From the IMG/VR virus record IMGVR_UViG_3300024520_000062, positions 3,189-67,188 of that record: a stretch of DNA of 64,000 nt; one strand, 5' to 3'. Of the stretch, positions 41,667 through 49,946 are shown one piece after another. A program made the position numbers and the translations under genes. The DNA comes from a virus. The notes beneath the pieces were generated by a model that was not told the DNA's origin, made no database searches, and saw nothing but the letters and a program-made list of their open reading frames with translations. Numbering within the stretch: position 1 is the first letter of the stretch; the number at the start of each line of letters is the position of its first letter.

Positions 41667-41782
41667 TTGACAGAATATGTGCCATTGATTACCTTGTGCC
41701 TAGCGTGAGGGGCGGGCCTTTGATTGGACTGCAAAGCCTTGACGGGGTTCGTCACTCATCGCACTGATGGTTACTGACTTAC
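41667..41782 (+). promoter_or_regulatory. Cassette promoter, structured leader and GGTTACTGAC motif
   Basis: TTGACA-17-TACCTT; hairpin 41705-41759; motif at 41769. Confidence 0.8.
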
Positions 41783-41801
41783 TTAACAGCAAGGGGGCAC
41801 G

Positions 41802-42305
41802 ATGTTTTCACTCGAGCAGGTACACGGCAACGGCGCGATCGTCCTGAAGGTGGAGCCGGGCACGATCCTCCGGCTGGCCGACGGGATGCGGTTGCGGCGC
41901 GGCACCAGCGGCTATCAGGTCACCTCAAACGGTGACGGCAAAGCCGTGATCTTCGCACTGGCTGGCGTCATCTGCACCGGACCACATCCTGACGCGAACA
42001 AGGCGTTCATCAGGGTAGAGTACAAGCAGCAGGTGATTGACCTCGACGGGACCGTCAGTGAGATCGTCCCCGACCACAACCGCAACGTGAAAGTGGCCCC
42101 GGTGAGACAGTTCGTCCGGTACGGCGAGGACACGACGCCTGCGGTGATGTTGTTCGACTACAGCGACATCGGTATGCCGAATCAGTGGAAGGTGTCACCA
42201 CACGGACCCGACCGGCCGGACGAGGACATGGATTGGTATGACAGCGAGGAAGAGGCGCAGGGCGCGGCGAATTTCTACGTCGCACAGATGGGAGGTACGT
42301 CGTGA
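41802..42305 (+). CDS. Hypothetical protein
   Basis: AAGGGGG RBS after the cassette motif. Confidence 0.65.
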   Translation: MFSLEQVHGNGAIVLKVEPGTILRLADGMRLRRGTSGYQVTSNGDGKAVIFALAGVICTGPHPDANKAFIRVEYKQQVIDLDGTVSEIVPDHNRNVKVAPVRQFVRYGEDTTPAVMLFDYSDIGMPNQWKVSPHGPDRPDEDMDWYDSEEEAQGAANFYVAQMGGTS

Positions 42306-42658
42306 CCGAGATCACCACTGGCCAGCTGGAGCAGCAAACTGTCCAGCACTATGGCAAGAACGAGAATGTCACTCAGCACATCGGGTTCCGTGTCCATTCG
42401 GACCACACGGTGTCATTCAGCGCCGTCGAATCGATCAAGCCATACGGCGAAGAGAGAGAGACTAAGCGTGTCAACACGTTTGCCGAGGTCAACGGGATGG
42501 AGGCACACTATGCTGTGGAGTTCGCGACTAAACTCCTCAAGGCTGCGATCATTGCCGAGGCCAAGGCGGACGAGGCCCGTAAGAACAAGGGCTGGGAGGA
42601 CACGATCACGGAAACGTCCGAGGTCGCTCGCTACGGCCGGGCGCACAAAACGAGTTAA
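42302..42658 (+). CDS. Hypothetical protein
   Basis: GGAGG RBS; GTGA overlap. Confidence 0.6.
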   Translation: MTEITTGQLEQQTVQHYGKNENVTQHIGFRVHSDHTVSFSAVESIKPYGEERETKRVNTFAEVNGMEAHYAVEFATKLLKAAIIAEAKADEARKNKGWEDTITETSEVARYGRAHKTS

Positions 42659-42679
42659 AGGTTCGAGTCAAAGTCCTGA

Positions 42680-42750
42680 GAGGTTGGGGGGCCAGAGCAA
42701 GCGCACTGGGAATGGGTGGGTTCGATTCCCCCCTCTGGTTCCTCAACTTC
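42680..42750 (+). ncRNA. tRNA-like mini-RNA 1 (18-bp stem + T arm)
   Basis: GAGGTTGGGGGGCCAGAG pairs with CTCTGGTTCCTCAACTTC; T arm GTGGG-TTCGATT-CCCCC (one mismatch). Confidence 0.6.
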
Positions 42751-42757
42751 TCCTCCC

Positions 42758-42806
42758 GGGCCGGTACACGCGACTGGGAAGGCGGGTTCGATTCCCGTCC
42801 GGTCCA
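42758..42806 (+). ncRNA. tRNA-like mini-RNA 2 (acceptor + T arm, no anticodon arm)
   Basis: GGGCCGG/CCGGTCC-A acceptor with G3.U70; GCGGG-TTCGATT-CCCGT T arm. Confidence 0.7.
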
Positions 42807-42823
42807 CTCGAGGAAATTGGGGG

Positions 42824-42878
42824 TTGCGCTGGTATGCACCATTGATTACCTTGTGTGTAGCAACGGTTACTGACTCAA
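42824..42878 (+). promoter_or_regulatory. Cassette promoter + leader motif
   Basis: TTGCGC-17-TACCTT; GGTTACTGACTCA at 42865. Confidence 0.75.
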
Positions 42879-42895
42879 CACTCGAGGGGGACACG

Positions 42896-43114
42896 ATGGC
42901 ACTGGTACAATTGGACTACGAACGGTTGCAGGCCGAGGACGTCAGGGGCGTTACGGTGAACACGCTGAATCACCTCTGGAGAAGTTGTCACAATCGGATC
43001 TTCCATGTCAGCGGAACCTCCGAATCGATTCGACAGGCAAGGCAGGACATCGACGTGGTCAACGCCGAGTTCAGCCGGCGGTACGCAGCAGGGATGAGCA
43101 CCGTAGTAGTGTAA
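42896..43114 (+). CDS. Hypothetical protein
   Basis: GAGGGGG RBS after the cassette motif. Confidence 0.6.
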   Translation: MALVQLDYERLQAEDVRGVTVNTLNHLWRSCHNRIFHVSGTSESIRQARQDIDVVNAEFSRRYAAGMSTVVV

Positions 43115-43121
43115 GTAAGGA

Positions 43122-43192
43122 GGGGGCGAAGGTGACTGACCGCGCGACTGAGTAGTCCTCGCCCGGTGTGGGTTCGATTCCCACCGCTTCCA
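43122..43192 (+). ncRNA. tRNA-like mini-RNA 3 (resembles the tmRNA tRNA-like domain)
   Basis: GGGGGCG/CGCTTCC-A acceptor with G3.U70; stemless D-like loop; capped helix; GTGGG-TTCGATT-CCCAC T arm. Confidence 0.7.
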
Positions 43193-43322
43193 TTAGCAGC
43201 AGGTGGTTCATTGTTGGTGGCTAGGGGACTTTCCATCAGGGCTCCCATACGGGAGATTCCGGTGCCTCGTAGACTGAGAAAGCAGTCGTGTCACCAGCAG
43301 TCAACCACCTCCAAAATTGGCC

Positions 43323-43376
43323 CTTGACAAGATATGCACTATTGATTAGGTTGGTTGCAGATGGTTACTGACTCAC
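43323..43376 (+). promoter_or_regulatory. Cassette promoter + leader motif (54-bp direct repeat, copy 1)
   Basis: CTTGACAAGATATGCACTATTGATTAGGTTGGTTGCAGATGGTTACTGACTCAC, identical to 44110-44163. Confidence 0.9.
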
Positions 43377-43395
43377 TGTAGCAAAGGGGAACACA

Positions 43396-43635
43396 ATGAA
43401 GATCAAGATCCACTGGCTGTTCACGGGCGAGCCCGGTGATGCGACAGAGGGCGGTTACTGGGAGAGCATGGAAGGTCGCTTCACGATTTCACCGAATTTC
43501 CGTAGCACGGTGTACCCCGATTCGTATTCGGTACGGGACAACCTGAAGGATCAGGATTATCGGTATCAGGACACGGTGCGGGAGTGCAAGGAATGGGCAA
43601 CCAGTTTGATCGAGCGGGAACAGCAGGGCAGGTAG
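43396..43635 (+). CDS. Hypothetical protein
   Basis: Cassette motif + AAGGGG RBS. Confidence 0.65.
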   Translation: MKIKIHWLFTGEPGDATEGGYWESMEGRFTISPNFRSTVYPDSYSVRDNLKDQDYRYQDTVRECKEWATSLIEREQQGR

Positions 43636-43673
43636 ACGAAGGTTACTGACTCACTGTGGCAAAGGGGAACAAA

Positions 43674-43874
43674 GTGGACAAGCTAGACGAACTCAGGGCC
43701 GAAGTGCTGCGGACGAAAGCCATTTACCGGGCAGCGAAAGCGCGCCACGCCGAAGCCTTCAGCCTCGGCCAAGGCAAGCTGGCGGCGAGGGCTGCACTGA
43801 GTGTCGCGACTAGGAATTGCAACAACGCCATCACGGCGAGAGATGAGTACAAACGGTCACTCGAAGGTTACTGA
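43674..43874 (+). CDS. Hypothetical protein
   Basis: Motif at 43641 + AAGGGG RBS; GTG start. Confidence 0.55.
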   Translation: MDKLDELRAEVLRTKAIYRAAKARHAEAFSLGQGKLAARAALSVATRNCNNAITARDEYKRSLEGY

Positions 43875-43900
43875 CTCACCACAGCGAAGGGGAACACGAC

Positions 43901-44101
43901 ATGCCGATCCACCTCACCGCCTTCATCAACGAGGCCAAGACCTTCGACAGCATCGACGCCGTCCAAGGCTATCGCATCCGGCACCGCATCAGCTACGCCT
44001 TCGATGCCGCACTAGGGACCGACGACCTGTACCGCCTGTTCCGCCCGGCGACCAACCCGGTAGACAATTACCCCGGTCACTACATCGTCAAAGGTGGCTG
44101 A
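43901..44101 (+). CDS. Hypothetical protein
   Basis: Motif at 43866 + AAGGGG RBS. Confidence 0.6.
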   Translation: MPIHLTAFINEAKTFDSIDAVQGYRIRHRISYAFDAALGTDDLYRLFRPATNPVDNYPGHYIVKGG

Positions 44102-44109
44102 AGAGAACA

Positions 44110-44163
44110 CTTGACAAGATATGCACTATTGATTAGGTTGGTTGCAGATGGTTACTGACTCAC
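44110..44163 (+). promoter_or_regulatory. Cassette promoter + leader motif (54-bp direct repeat, copy 2)
   Basis: Identical to 43323-43376. Confidence 0.9.
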
Positions 44164-44184
44164 AACAAAGTAAAGGGGGCAAGA

Positions 44185-44388
44185 ATGGTACTGATGGAGA
44201 TCGTGGTGCGGCTCGAGGTTCCCTCTGGGCTGATCACCGATGAGCAGGCCAACGAGGCCGATGACGCGCTCACTGAACTCAACCTGAGTGATGTGGTGTA
44301 TCAGACGGTGCGGTCGGCGGTGAACACACGACGTGGCCTCGAGAACGTGCTGGTCAACGTGTCCAGCGTGGACGAGGGGGGCTTCTAA
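44185..44388 (+). CDS. Hypothetical protein
   Basis: Cassette + AAGGGGG RBS. Confidence 0.6.
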   Translation: MVLMEIVVRLEVPSGLITDEQANEADDALTELNLSDVVYQTVRSAVNTRRGLENVLVNVSSVDEGGF

Positions 44389-44801
44389 TGAGCGTACTCC
44401 AACTTGGCCTCAGCGATCAGGCGTGGGCCGTGGCGCACTTGGTCGTCCCTCGCATCGAGGAAGCGATGACGGAGTGGGACGAGCCGGGTCTGGCGATCAC
44501 GGAGTTCCTAATCCGGCCGTGGTCTAACGGCAGGGAGAAGGGGCTGACCTTCATGCGGCGCCGGCCCGGCTACACTCAGGCACTGGCGGTGTTCCAGCAT
44601 CGGATCAGCGACAGCATCATCGTTTGGGAATTCAAACTGCCGAGCCACTTCTGGGAGGACGTGGTGCGGCCGGAAGATCTCGAGGAAGGCGTGGCGGACC
44701 AGCAGTACCGCAACCCGGCCCTCGAGGCAACGTGGGGCAACATCGGACAAGCGGCGGAGTACATCATGCGGACGCTGGCGCCGGGAGAGATCTATATCTG
44801 A
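44388..44801 (+). CDS. Hypothetical protein
   Basis: TAATG coupling; GAGGGG RBS. Confidence 0.6.
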   Translation: MSVLQLGLSDQAWAVAHLVVPRIEEAMTEWDEPGLAITEFLIRPWSNGREKGLTFMRRRPGYTQALAVFQHRISDSIIVWEFKLPSHFWEDVVRPEDLEEGVADQQYRNPALEATWGNIGQAAEYIMRTLAPGEIYI

Positions 44802-44805
44802 GGGG

Positions 44806-44860
44806 TTGACAGGATATCAACCATTGATTACCTTGTATCCAGCAACGGTTACTGACTTAC
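44806..44860 (+). promoter_or_regulatory. Cassette promoter + leader motif
   Basis: TTGACA-17-TACCTT; GGTTACTGACTTAC at 44847. Confidence 0.85.
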
Positions 44861-44880
44861 TACGAAGCAAGGGGGACACA

Positions 44881-45351
44881 ATGGGCATGGCACAACAGAT
44901 ACGGCTCGAGGCGGAGATGGACATCATCGAGGCACTGACCCCGCCGGCCGACTGGGACAACCAGAGCGAGACGGCCTTCAACAAGCAGGCCCGGTTCATG
45001 GGCGCCGTTGTCGGTCGCATGGCGACTAGGTCAGACGCTCGAGAACGGAAGAACGCGCTGGCGCGGTTGATGAAGCGGGGCGAGGTGGTGTCGTGGCGCA
45101 ACTACGGCAAGCGTAGTAACTACGCACTGGCCGAAGAGAACGCCCGCGCTCGTCAGGTGATCAGGCGGCGCGTCCGGCGAGAGTACGAAGAGTCGCGCGA
45201 TCAACAGGTCGAGGCGCTGGCACTGGCGACGAACCTCAACGATAGAGCGGGCGAGATCGTCAAGGCGCTCCATAAGGCCGGCTACGCCATCGTGCCGCGC
45301 GACAACATCCGGCACACGCAGTACTACCTCCCGAGGAGGGATGAGGCGTAA
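44881..45351 (+). CDS. Hypothetical basic protein
   Basis: AAGGGGG RBS; ATG at 44881. Confidence 0.65.
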   Translation: MGMAQQIRLEAEMDIIEALTPPADWDNQSETAFNKQARFMGAVVGRMATRSDARERKNALARLMKRGEVVSWRNYGKRSNYALAEENARARQVIRRRVRREYEESRDQQVEALALATNLNDRAGEIVKALHKAGYAIVPRDNIRHTQYYLPRRDEA

Positions 45352-45466
45352 GGCACACGACGGTCGGCCTGAGTCACCGATCGTCTCCCCCGGGGCCAGT
45401 GGCGGAACATGGCGCTGGTCCCAAGGCGCCTCAGCTGGGGCGCCAGACTCGAGCAGGATTGGAGGC

Positions 45467-45519
45467 TTGACAGGATATGTGTAGTTGATTAGGTTAGTCG
45501 TAGATGGTTACTGACTCAA
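45467..45519 (+). promoter_or_regulatory. Cassette promoter + leader motif
   Basis: TTGACA-17-TAGGTT; GGTTACTGACTCA at 45506. Confidence 0.85.
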
Positions 45520-45536
45520 CACTCGAGGGGGACAAA

Positions 45537-45758
45537 ATGAGATACTACATGACGGTCAACAACGACGCGATCGAAGTGTCCGACATCGACACCAACAAAG
45601 TGCTGGCGCGGATCACCACGGTCGAAGAGTACAACGCATTCATCGTCTTCCGCCGGCCGGACTACTTCATGTGCTCGAGTTCGCTCGACTTCCCCGAGGA
45701 CAGCACGAACGATCAAGACATCATCGCGCTGTGCCGGTCGCTGAGAGAGAGGGGTTGA
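45537..45758 (+). CDS. Hypothetical protein
   Basis: GAGGGGG RBS. Confidence 0.6.
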   Translation: MRYYMTVNNDAIEVSDIDTNKVLARITTVEEYNAFIVFRRPDYFMCSSSLDFPEDSTNDQDIIALCRSLRERG

Positions 45759-46793
45759 CCAATGAGATACGCTGAATGGACACGCCACAAGGCGCTGGCC
45801 CGAGGTTTCCCCAGTCATGAGGACGCGATCAAGTACGGCCGGGGGCTGGGTAACATCATCGGCCACAGCTGGCGCGTGGAGCCACGGCGCAACGTGGACG
45901 TCCAGACCGGCATCGGCCGGCAGACGTTCATCATTCATAACTACGGCACGCCGGTGTCGCTGTACCTCGAGTGCGTCACCACCGAGCCGGCCGAGGTCGA
46001 GCCCGACGAGCCCGAGTGGGCCGACGTCGAGGCCGACCAGCTGGCGCCGGGGGACTGATGACCACGCAAACCAAGCCGGCACGCGACAAGACTCGAGTGT
46101 ACCTCGAGTACTGGGGCAAGCAGATGCGCGCCGGCGTGCGGTGGTGGAGCATCACGGTAGAGTGGTGGGGCGAGAATCACCACACGGGCCCGCAGTGGTG
46201 CGGCCAGTGCTTCTGTGTGACGAGTGAAGAGATCGCCCGGCGGTGGCCGGACGCGATCGAAACGTGGGAGGCTTGATGGCAGCGGATCAAGTGGCGATCA
46301 CCTGTCCCGACTGCGCGACGAGCTACGCCATCGAGCGGTGGATATACGACAACATCACGTCCGTCTACTGCCCGACCTGTGGCAGGGACATCCTGCTGCC
46401 ACTGGGCAAGCGGATCGAGGAATCGAGGAAGTCTGATGGCTGATCGAGAAATGACCGAGGCGGAGTTCGAGGCACTGAAACGCAAGTGCTTCAATCTGGG
46501 GATGCAGGTCGGCGAGAGTGAGGGCCTACTGCAGGCGAGCATGATTGTCAGTGAGGTGCTGACTGAGCAGGTCGGCGGGCTGGGCGGCGGACGCCTCGCC
46601 ACTGAGGTGGCCCGCCGGATACAGGAGCGGAGTCAGGCGGTGCAGACGCTGACGATGCTCTGAGGATCGCGTGTAACGAACGATCGCGCGATCGCGCGAC
46701 TCGATGGTTGCCGGCGTTGTTCGTGTCGAGTTAAAGGCGACCTCGAGTTAAAGGCGAGTTAAACCCATCCGAGTTAAACCCGAGTCAAAGTCC

Positions 46794-47043
46794 TGTGGCG
46801 TTCCCACCACACTTTTATGTTGCGCCGACGCCACGGCAAAACGCGAGGGTGTCGCGCCGCCGCCACGGTATTTTGCGAAGTTGTTGCGTGAGCACCACAT
46901 ATGGCGTCGATGCAACATTGTCGCATTCTGCCGTGGCGCTCGAGCCACACTTTCGCATTTCGCCGTGGGATCGACGCCACACCGATGTTGCGTCGGCGCT
47001 ACGTTGCGTCTCCGCCACATAGCCCTGTGGTTTCGACGCTACA
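46794..47043. repeat. Array of ten 18-bp pseudo-palindromes (consensus YGTKGCG-N4-CGCCACA)
   Basis: Copies start at 46794, 46818, 46850, 46882, 46900, 46932, 46964, 46986, 47002 and 47026. Confidence 0.85.
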
Positions 47044-47070
47044 TGTGGTGCCGGCGCGGCACTTTCCCTG

Positions 47071-47167
47071 CACAAGATTCGTGCCACATCTATGGCACAT
47101 ACCTTGCAATAGCCAGAGCAAGTTCTATGCCATAGTTAAGATATGCATAGTTGGCACGCCTCTTGCT
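47071..47167. promoter_or_regulatory. Cluster of four sigma54 (-24/-12)-type sites in alternating orientation
   Basis: (-)TGGCACGAATCTTGTG 47071-86; (+)TGGCACATACCTTGCA 47093-108; (-)TGGCATAGAACTTGCT 47117-32; (+)TGGCACGCCTCTTGCT 47152-67. Consensus is TGGCAC-N5-TTGC. Confidence 0.75.
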
Positions 47168-47441
47168 TCGCGCGTTCATTATATACAGCAGGCGCCAGCC
47201 GGCGCCAGCAGGCGCCAGCCGGAAACCGCCTAGGCAATGGCTTTGCGGCTGGTATACCCCTAGAACGCCCGAGGTTGCCGTCTAACGGATGTTTATGTCC
47301 TACCCATACTAGTACACCAACCTCCTGCCGTTCGGACAAGTCGTTACAGGGCAATGACTTACAAGGCCGTATTTTCGGGACATAGTATATTTGTGACCCA
47401 TAACCCGAAATAGCCTATACCTAGGCCTTGAAACTCAGGTA

Positions 47442-47470
47442 TTGCGTTATCAGCCATGGATAGTTAACTT
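47442..47470 (+). promoter_or_regulatory. Sigma70-type promoter upstream of the ArdC island
   Basis: TTGCGT-17-TAACTT. Confidence 0.5.
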
Positions 47471-47650
47471 ATTCCCTCACAGAATAGGCCCGGTCCCATG
47501 GTGGTGAAACACCGACAGCCGCGCCGCTTGAAACGCCCCCCGACTCTCCGCCTCACTCGAGGCAATGTTTCATCCTTCGTTCATTATATGCCGGCGCCGC
47601 TTGCCGGCTGTGCCCTAGCGTTAGCCGCTAAGGCGAAAGGCTACTGACCT

Positions 47651-47914
47651 ATGACTGACTACGACAGCAACGGCGCTCCCGAGTATTGCTACCCTGACGG
47701 TACCGGCGCGCCGCTCGATTACTTCGGCCAGCGAAACGACTTCACGCTGATGCCGGCAGAACGGGACCACCCATGCTACGCGCTGACGGTTGGACCGCGC
47801 GGTACCATAGAAACAATGGATTGGGAAACGCGCGGCACTGGCTCGCAAGCAATGCTTTCTCTTATCGGCTCCCTGATGCGCAACGGCACTATCCCAAACG
47901 GCTGGGACTTCTAA
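47651..47914 (+). CDS. Hypothetical protein
   Basis: AAGGCTACTGAC variant motif just before the ATG. Confidence 0.55.
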   Translation: MTDYDSNGAPEYCYPDGTGAPLDYFGQRNDFTLMPAERDHPCYALTVGPRGTIETMDWETRGTGSQAMLSLIGSLMRNGTIPNGWDF

Positions 47915-47940
47915 ACTCACTACACTCGAGGGCGCCTATC

Positions 47941-48825
47941 ATGGCTACTGTTTACGAGATCATCACCGACAGAATTATTGCAGCAATCGAGACTGACGGC
48001 ACGCTACCATGGCACAAGCCATGGCGCGCCGGCACAGCGGCGCCGGCCAACTTGAAAAGCGGCAAGGCGTACCGAGGGATAAACGTCTTCCTGCTGGGAA
48101 TGCTTGGCTACTCCTCGCCTTACTTCGTTTCCTACAAGCAAGCGAAGACGTTAGGCGGTCAGGTTCGGAAAGGCGAGAAAGGTTCGCCCGTTGTCTTCTG
48201 GCTGTGGCCCGATGAAAAGAAAAAGGCCGCAGCAGCCGCAAAGGGAAAGCAGGCCTTCCCCATTATGCGCTACTACACAGTGTTCAATGTCAGCCAGTGC
48301 GACGGCATAAGCCACAAGCGGCTGACGGAATGGCAAGCGGCTGAAGATGCTGCAGCCGGTCAGACCCATGATGCCATCGAATCAGCAGCCGCAATAGCAG
48401 CCGGCTGGGAAGACGGCTGCAAAGTAGAACATGGCAAGAGTCAGGCGTATTACTCGCCATCGGCTGACGCTATCGGAATGCCGAACCTTGACGCATTCGA
48501 AACGGCGCCGGCGTACTATTGCACGCTCTTCCATGAGATGGTACACGCTACCGGCCACAGCAGCCGGCTTGACAGGTTCCCAGCCGACAGCGGCGCACAG
48601 CCGTTCGGGTCGGAATCATATTCGCAGGAAGAATTGACTGCAGAGATGGGCGCCAGTTTCCTAGCAGCAGAAGGCGGCTTGCCGCTTGATAGCTTCATCG
48701 ATCAGTCAGCCGCCTACGTAGCCAACTGGCTGCAACGGTTGAAAGGCGACAGCAAGTTGGTAGTAACAGCAGCGGCGCGCGCACAGAAGGCCGCTGATCT
48801 CGTACTGGGTCGCACGTTTGAATAA
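47941..48825 (+). CDS. ardC: ArdC-family antirestriction protein (DUF1738 + zincin-like domain)
   Basis: YEIITDRII, PWHKPW, YRGIN, GGQVRKGEKG, YYTVFN, TLFHEMVHATGH, EELTAEMGA, SAAYVANWL. Confidence 0.92.
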   Translation: MATVYEIITDRIIAAIETDGTLPWHKPWRAGTAAPANLKSGKAYRGINVFLLGMLGYSSPYFVSYKQAKTLGGQVRKGEKGSPVVFWLWPDEKKKAAAAAKGKQAFPIMRYYTVFNVSQCDGISHKRLTEWQAAEDAAAGQTHDAIESAAAIAAGWEDGCKVEHGKSQAYYSPSADAIGMPNLDAFETAPAYYCTLFHEMVHATGHSSRLDRFPADSGAQPFGSESYSQEELTAEMGASFLAAEGGLPLDSFIDQSAAYVANWLQRLKGDSKLVVTAAARAQKAADLVLGRTFE

Positions 48826-49244
48826 TCTTCACCATGGGCGCGCCGGCAACGGCGCGCCGGGAGTTCCTACCGTGTCTGTTCCTGTCTTCGCGCTGTTCAT
48901 TGTTCTACTGGTATGTTTTGCCGCTTGCGTTATCGCCTTAGCTATTCGCGACTGACTCACTCAAGAAAACGGCGCGCCATGATGCGCGCCGGAAAGGTTA
49001 CTTGACTCATGTTTTCAATCGCCCTGACTCTCGCTGCTGCTGCTTTCTTCCACATGCTTCGGACTGTCATCGTGCTGGCTGATGACCGGCGCATCGCGCG
49101 AGCCGCGCGCCCTGCTGGCCGTTGCCTGACTCGCGCCGTCCGTCCCGCTGGCAGGATTAGCCGGCGCGCCGTTTCTAGCCTGACCGGTACCTTTCATACG
49201 GTCGAGCCGTTCAAGCCATTCGCACGACCGCTGCAGTCGTTCTA

Positions 49245-49946
49245 ATGTCAAACGACAACAGCGTGATTGCATACGAGGGCGTCAGCCGGATTAACGGCGC
49301 GCCCATTGTCGTCATCATATCCGGCATACTCGAGCCATCGAGCAACGGCAAAACTGGCGACATGCTACAGGCGTATATCCTACGGTCCGATATACCGCCC
49401 CTCGAGGCGCTCGAGACTGGGAAAGATTCCGCCATTTGTGGTGGCTGTCCCTTTCGCAAGGCGCTGCGTGGTGGTTGTTATGTGAACGTAGGACAGGCGC
49501 CGCGCGGCATTTGGGAATGCTACAAGAACGGCGCCGGCTACGAGTATTGCACTGACCCGGCTTCTCTCTTCCGGCGTACTGATCGCATCAGGCTAGGCGC
49601 CTACGGTGACCCGGTAGCGGCGCCGCTCGAGATGTGGCAATCTCTCGTCAGTCATTCCGCTGGCTGGACTGGGTACACACATCAGTGGCGCGCGAAGATG
49701 GCGCGCGGCTTCTCTTCCATCCTGCAGGCATCGTGTGACAGTATAGCCGATCAGGAAGAGGCAACCGCGCGCGGCTGGGGAACCTTTCGAGTCTCCGCCT
49801 TAGGCGATCGCGACACAGTGCCCGGGGAATTCTACTGCCCAGCGCCGGCCATCGATTGCCGGGATTGCCTCCGTTGCGACGGCGCCAGCGGCGCGGCCGT
49901 ACTGATAGAGGCACATGGCAGCGGCGCCGGCAAGGTGGCGCCATGA
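49245..49946 (+). CDS. Cys-rich putative Fe-S protein (DUF7227-like, radical-SAM-related phage family)
   Basis: SSNGKTG, ICGGCP..CY, IRLGAYGDP, WTGYTHQW, ASCDS, CPA..CRDCLRC, EAHG. Confidence 0.65.
   Translation: MSNDNSVIAYEGVSRINGAPIVVIISGILEPSSNGKTGDMLQAYILRSDIPPLEALETGKDSAICGGCPFRKALRGGCYVNVGQAPRGIWECYKNGAGYEYCTDPASLFRRTDRIRLGAYGDPVAAPLEMWQSLVSHSAGWTGYTHQWRAKMARGFSSILQASCDSIADQEEATARGWGTFRVSALGDRDTVPGEFYCPAPAIDCRDCLRCDGASGAAVLIEAHGSGAGKVAP

Noticed and set aside
41705-41759. GGACTGCAAAGCC...GGGGTTCG as tRNA-Cys or a c-di-GMP riboswitch
   Set aside because: No proper T arm or cloverleaf and no GEMM P1 element; treated as a leader hairpin.
41769-41782. GGTTACTGACTT complementary to the conserved 16S rRNA sequence AAGUCGUAAC
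   Set aside because: Needs a bulge, targets a structured decoding-site region and fits most copies poorly; probably chance.
39509-45540. Cassette repeats as a CRISPR array or integron attC array
   Set aside because: Spacing is hundreds of bp and irregular, the repeats are promoter/RBS units without attC-like dyads, and no cas or integrase gene is visible.
46794-47043. Dyad array as a mini-CRISPR
   Set aside because: Units are 18 bp, degenerate, separated by 0-14 bp and mirror-inverted; there are no spacer-length unique sequences.
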